Assembly (NCBI GenBank): GCA_018238155.1
Contig: JABCTZ010000032.1
Span: 192,001-256,000 of the forward strand
Length of the DNA stretch: 64,000 nucleotides
Source of the DNA: Candidatus Heimdallarchaeota archaeon
Lineage (GTDB): Archaea; Asgardarchaeota; Heimdallarchaeia; JABLTI01
Direction: 5' to 3'
The translations under genes and the position numbers were made by a program. The notes under the pieces are model-generated. The model ran no database searches. It saw nothing but the letters and a program-made list of their open reading frames with translations, and had not been told where the DNA came from. Of this stretch, positions 60,461 through 64,000 are shown piece after piece; positions within the stretch are counted from its first letter, which is position 1; each line of letters starts with the position of its first letter.

Positions 60461-61084
60461 TTGATGATTATGAAACAAGCTAGATTGTTTAAGAAAACCA
60501 CTCAAGATAGTTCTTCACTGAGATTCATTTCTTTACTTTTAGTCTTGTTTGTTATTTTTCTTATTCTTCAAAATTCTATTACAAATGTTCATGCTGAAGA
60601 TGATGATGAGGATGACGAAGATGATGATTTTGAGGATGTATCTAAAGATCTTGGATGGGCTGCCATAGGATTATTAGCTGTGAATTCCATCTATGTGCTT
60701 TTTTCAAAGGCATTCAGAATAACAAGAAAATTCTCTGATGAAGGCAAGTTTGCTGCTGTAAAATCCAATACTCGTGCTACTTACCTAAAGGTTCGCAAAC
60801 CATTACAAATTGTTCATGGTATCTCCGGATTTGCTGCATTAGTTGTTTTACTAATCCATGGTGTAGTTCTTACTGATCAAGATTTTGAAGCCGTTGCACT
60901 TGGTTGGGCTAGTGCAGCAATACTTATTTTCTATATTTCAACAGGAATTATTTTGATGTTCAAGCTCAAACCTTTCTGGACTGCAAAGAAAGTAAGAAAG
61001 GCTCTTCTCTTTCTTCACCGAAGTCTTATCCTCTTAGTGCTGATATTTATCTTACACATCGTTCATATAGTAATTAGTGATTAG
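60461..61084 (+). CDS. Multi-TM protein with acidic tract and paired His residues (cytochrome b-like?)
   Basis: EDDDEDDEDDDFED; TM helices carrying H..13..H pairs. Confidence 0.55.
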   Translation: MMIMKQARLFKKTTQDSSSLRFISLLLVLFVIFLILQNSITNVHAEDDDEDDEDDDFEDVSKDLGWAAIGLLAVNSIYVLFSKAFRITRKFSDEGKFAAVKSNTRATYLKVRKPLQIVHGISGFAALVVLLIHGVVLTDQDFEAVALGWASAAILIFYISTGIILMFKLKPFWTAKKVRKALLFLHRSLILLVLIFILHIVHIVISD

Positions 61085-61185
61085 AAGAGAACTAGTAATC
61101 TCTATCTCAAGATAAATTATTTAAGAGGAGATTCCCCCTCTTCAATATTAGGAATAGTAGTCACTCATTGTTGGATGTTGAAATT

Positions 61186-62505
61186 ATGACCCACTACATT
61201 GGCATTCGTCGAGAAACAAAACATGGTGAACGGAGAACTCCACTTGTACCAAGTGCAGTTACTTCATTGAAAGAAAAGTATGATATTCAAACAATTTTGC
61301 AACCACAAGAAACTAGAGCTTTTTCTGATGAAGAATACGAAAAAGCTGGTGGAATAATTAAAGAAGATCTTTCTGAATGTCTAGTTATTTTTGGCATTAA
61401 AGAGATGGAAACTGATATTTTCACCAAAGACGGTGTATACATGTGCTTCCATCATGTTATCAAAGGGCAGAAGGATAACATGCCTATGTTGAAGTATCTT
61501 ATGGATACTGGTTGCACAATATTTGATTATGAGAAAGTAGTTAATGATAAAAATCACCGGTTAATCTTCTTTGGTCGCCACGCTGGTTATGCTGGGATGA
61601 TAGATACCTTACATGGGTTTGGTTTACGCTTACAAGCAGAAGGTTTTGACACGCCTTTTCTCAAAATCAAGCAAGCCTGTGAATATTTCGATTTGAAAGA
61701 AGCTAAAGAGGAAATAGCAAAAGTCAAAGAATTAATTGAAAATGATGGATTACCTGAAGAATTGTGTCCGATAGTCTTTGGTTTCCTCGGCTATGGTAAT
61801 GTCTCTCAAGGTGCCCAATCTATTCTTGAGATTCTTCCTGTTAAGGAGATTGCTCCTGAAGATTTAGCAAAAGCTGTTGAAAACCCCGATCGAAATGAAT
61901 GTAAGAAAGTTATCTATAAAGTAGTCTTCAAAGAAGAGCAAATGGTCAAACCAATTGGTGATCATAAATTCGAGTTGCAAGATTACTACAAACATCCTGA
62001 GAAATATGAAGGCGTTTTTTCAGAGAATTATTTACGGTATCTTGCAGTAATCGTTAATGGAGCTTATTGGTCTGCTAAATATCCCAAGTCAGTTACTAAA
62101 CAAGAATTGAAAGAGTTATTTAGTGATGATTCTCCTCCTCGCTTACGGTTTGTTGGTGACATCAGTTGTGATATAGAAGGTGGATTTGAGGGAACACTAC
62201 GTATTTCCTACATAGACCGACCCTTCTATGTTTTTGATCCATTTAAGAACACAGCTACGGATGGTGTAAAAGGAAAAGGACCTGCTATTCTAGCTATTGA
62301 CCATTTGCCTACCGAAATACCTCGAGATGCTTCTGAATATTTCAGCGGAAAATTAATTCCTTTTGTTCCAGAAATTGCAAAAGCAGATTACGCTGGTTCT
62401 TTTGCTGATGTGAAATTGTCAAAAGATGTTAAAAGAGCAGTTATTCTTTGGCAAGGAAAATTAAATCCCGATTTTGAATACATTGGCGATTTCTTGAAAA
62501 AGTAA
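61186..62505 (+). CDS. Lysine-ketoglutarate reductase / saccharopine dehydrogenase-like (AlaDH/PNT fold)
   Basis: IGIRRE, ERRTPLVP, GIKE, HVIKGQ, DYEK, FGRHAGYAG, GYGNVSQGA, DISCD, IDHLP. Confidence 0.85.
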   Translation: MTHYIGIRRETKHGERRTPLVPSAVTSLKEKYDIQTILQPQETRAFSDEEYEKAGGIIKEDLSECLVIFGIKEMETDIFTKDGVYMCFHHVIKGQKDNMPMLKYLMDTGCTIFDYEKVVNDKNHRLIFFGRHAGYAGMIDTLHGFGLRLQAEGFDTPFLKIKQACEYFDLKEAKEEIAKVKELIENDGLPEELCPIVFGFLGYGNVSQGAQSILEILPVKEIAPEDLAKAVENPDRNECKKVIYKVVFKEEQMVKPIGDHKFELQDYYKHPEKYEGVFSENYLRYLAVIVNGAYWSAKYPKSVTKQELKELFSDDSPPRLRFVGDISCDIEGGFEGTLRISYIDRPFYVFDPFKNTATDGVKGKGPAILAIDHLPTEIPRDASEYFSGKLIPFVPEIAKADYAGSFADVKLSKDVKRAVILWQGKLNPDFEYIGDFLKK

Positions 62506-62525
62506 TCACCGCTATTTCTTTTTTT

Positions 62526-63629
62526 GTGGGATATGATTCTATGCCTTCTTTCATTCCAGGGTTAGAACTTAACAGACAATTTTTTTCTTCTGTTGTCAAA
62601 CCAATTCTAGATACGAACTATCCTGAGCTCAAATATTCTGCAGCAAGAATTGGTTTTGGTTCTGATGTTTTGGGTTTTGATACCAAACGATCAACAGATC
62701 ATGATTGGGGATTTAGAATCGAATTATTTCTTGAAGATGATGATTATTTGGAATTGAAAGATGAAATTTCAGAATGCTTATCTAAAGAACTACCTTCAGA
62801 GTTCTTAGGTTATTCTACTCATTTTGGTGAACCTGATAAAAACGGTGTGAGAGTAATCGGTGCTATTACTGAGGGGTCAGTAAAGCACAGAATAGAATTC
62901 CATACAATAAGTTCTTTTTTCAAAAGCTTCCTTGGAATTCAACCTAACTCTCAGATTTCTGAGCTTGATTGGTTGTCTTTCCCGGAACAGCGTTTGCTTG
63001 CAATCGCAAGTGGTGCTATTTTTCATGATGATCTAAATCGCTTGTCTGAAATAAGACAGAAGTATAGTTATTATCCAAATGAAATATGGTTGTATCTACT
63101 GTCAAAACAATGGGAAATTATTGCAGAAGAGATGCCTTTTCCAGGAAGAGCTGCGGAATTAGAAGATGAATTAGGATTACAGATATTGGTTACTAACCAA
63201 ATAGCTAAATTAATGAAATTATGTTTTTTGTTAGAAAAAAGGTATGCTCCATATAGTAAATGGTTTGGAACGGCATTCAGTAAATTGAATTGTGGACCAA
63301 TATTGCTTCCAATTTTTAGGGAAGTTTTAACAGAAAAAGATTGGGCTAAAAAACAGAAACTTTTAGTAAAAGCCTATAGTATTGGTGCAACAATGCACAA
63401 CCAGCTGAAAATCACAGATTCTGTTGAGATTAAAATAACACCGTTCTTTGACAGACCATATTTGATTATTAATGCAATGGATTTTGCAGAGGCAATTAGA
63501 GCAAAAATAACATTAGACACACTAATAAATTTTGACCCGAAAATTGGTTCAATAAATCAAATTTCAAATGAAACTTTTATTCTTGATGATATTTCGCTAA
63601 TAAGAAAATTTTACAATTCGCTAAAATAA
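62526..63629 (+). CDS. DUF4037 nucleotidyltransferase-like protein
   Basis: GFGSDVLGFD..STDHDWG, WL..PEQRL, YAPYSKWFG. Confidence 0.85.
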   Translation: MGYDSMPSFIPGLELNRQFFSSVVKPILDTNYPELKYSAARIGFGSDVLGFDTKRSTDHDWGFRIELFLEDDDYLELKDEISECLSKELPSEFLGYSTHFGEPDKNGVRVIGAITEGSVKHRIEFHTISSFFKSFLGIQPNSQISELDWLSFPEQRLLAIASGAIFHDDLNRLSEIRQKYSYYPNEIWLYLLSKQWEIIAEEMPFPGRAAELEDELGLQILVTNQIAKLMKLCFLLEKRYAPYSKWFGTAFSKLNCGPILLPIFREVLTEKDWAKKQKLLVKAYSIGATMHNQLKITDSVEIKITPFFDRPYLIINAMDFAEAIRAKITLDTLINFDPKIGSINQISNETFILDDISLIRKFYNSLK

Positions 63630-63685
63630 TCATTCTTGAACTATTATAATTTTAAACCACTTAATATACAAGTCATTTTTACTCT

Positions 63686-63967
63686 CTATTCTAATCCCGC
63701 TAATTTCTTAATTGTTTTCCAGTCTGTTTGTTCTTTCTTAATTGCCGGGTTCAAAATAAAAAAATCCAATTCACTACTCCCTCGGTAATTACCATCTAAA
63801 ACAACTGCATTTTCTCCAAATGTTCTCCACATTTTTTTTATTTCCTCTGCAGTTTTACCCTTTTTTCTGTTCTCTTCTAACGACTCTCTTACCCATCTCC
63901 GAGCAAATTCAATAGCTAGTTCAATTGTTGGAAATCCCTCTATGGTATAATCTTCCTCTGGGTCCAT
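63686..63967 (-). CDS. Hypothetical protein
   Basis: 93-aa ORF; GFPT.ELA.EFARRW, W..FGE. Confidence 0.6.
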   Translation of the reverse strand: MDPEEDYTIEGFPTIELAIEFARRWVRESLEENRKKGKTAEEIKKMWRTFGENAVVLDGNYRGSSELDFFILNPAIKKEQTDWKTIKKLAGLE

Positions 63968-64000
63968 ATGAAAATTATCTATTATTAATACAGCATAGTT

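Overview
AT-rich archaeal chromosome segment, most likely from an Asgard (Heimdallarchaeia-like) archaeon. This is inferred from a ribophorin-I homologue, longin and roadblock proteins, a Vps29-like protein, FtsZ, S30e and archaeal informational genes. Bases 1-49.7 kb are mostly housekeeping: ABCE1, a contiguous six-gene archaeal CoA operon, IleRS, ArgRS, EF-1beta, the exosome superoperon, Elp3, GpmI, FtsZ, e-MtaB, peroxiredoxin and three tRNA genes (Arg-CCT with intron, Gln-TTG, Tyr-GTA with a 61-nt intron). Directly after tRNA-Tyr lies an ~8.6 kb decaying island that ends in a degenerate copy of the tRNA 3' half (58251-58291). It carries a HEPN gene split by an in-frame TGA and flanked by two paralogous Zn-ribbon genes, a hairpin-rich non-coding block, two LAGLIDADG-like ORFs lacking the catalytic acid, SBBP-repeat surface proteins, a secreted caspase/legumain-like protease and several gene fragments. 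The most striking signal is the tRNA-Tyr intron. It folds into an L7Ae-type K-loop hairpin followed by a segment complementary to the tRNA's own anticodon arm just 5' of U35, and ends in ACA+3 nt. It is therefore a candidate intron-encoded H/ACA guide for Psi35 of its host tRNA. All assignments come from motif recognition by eye; no searches or folding programs were run.
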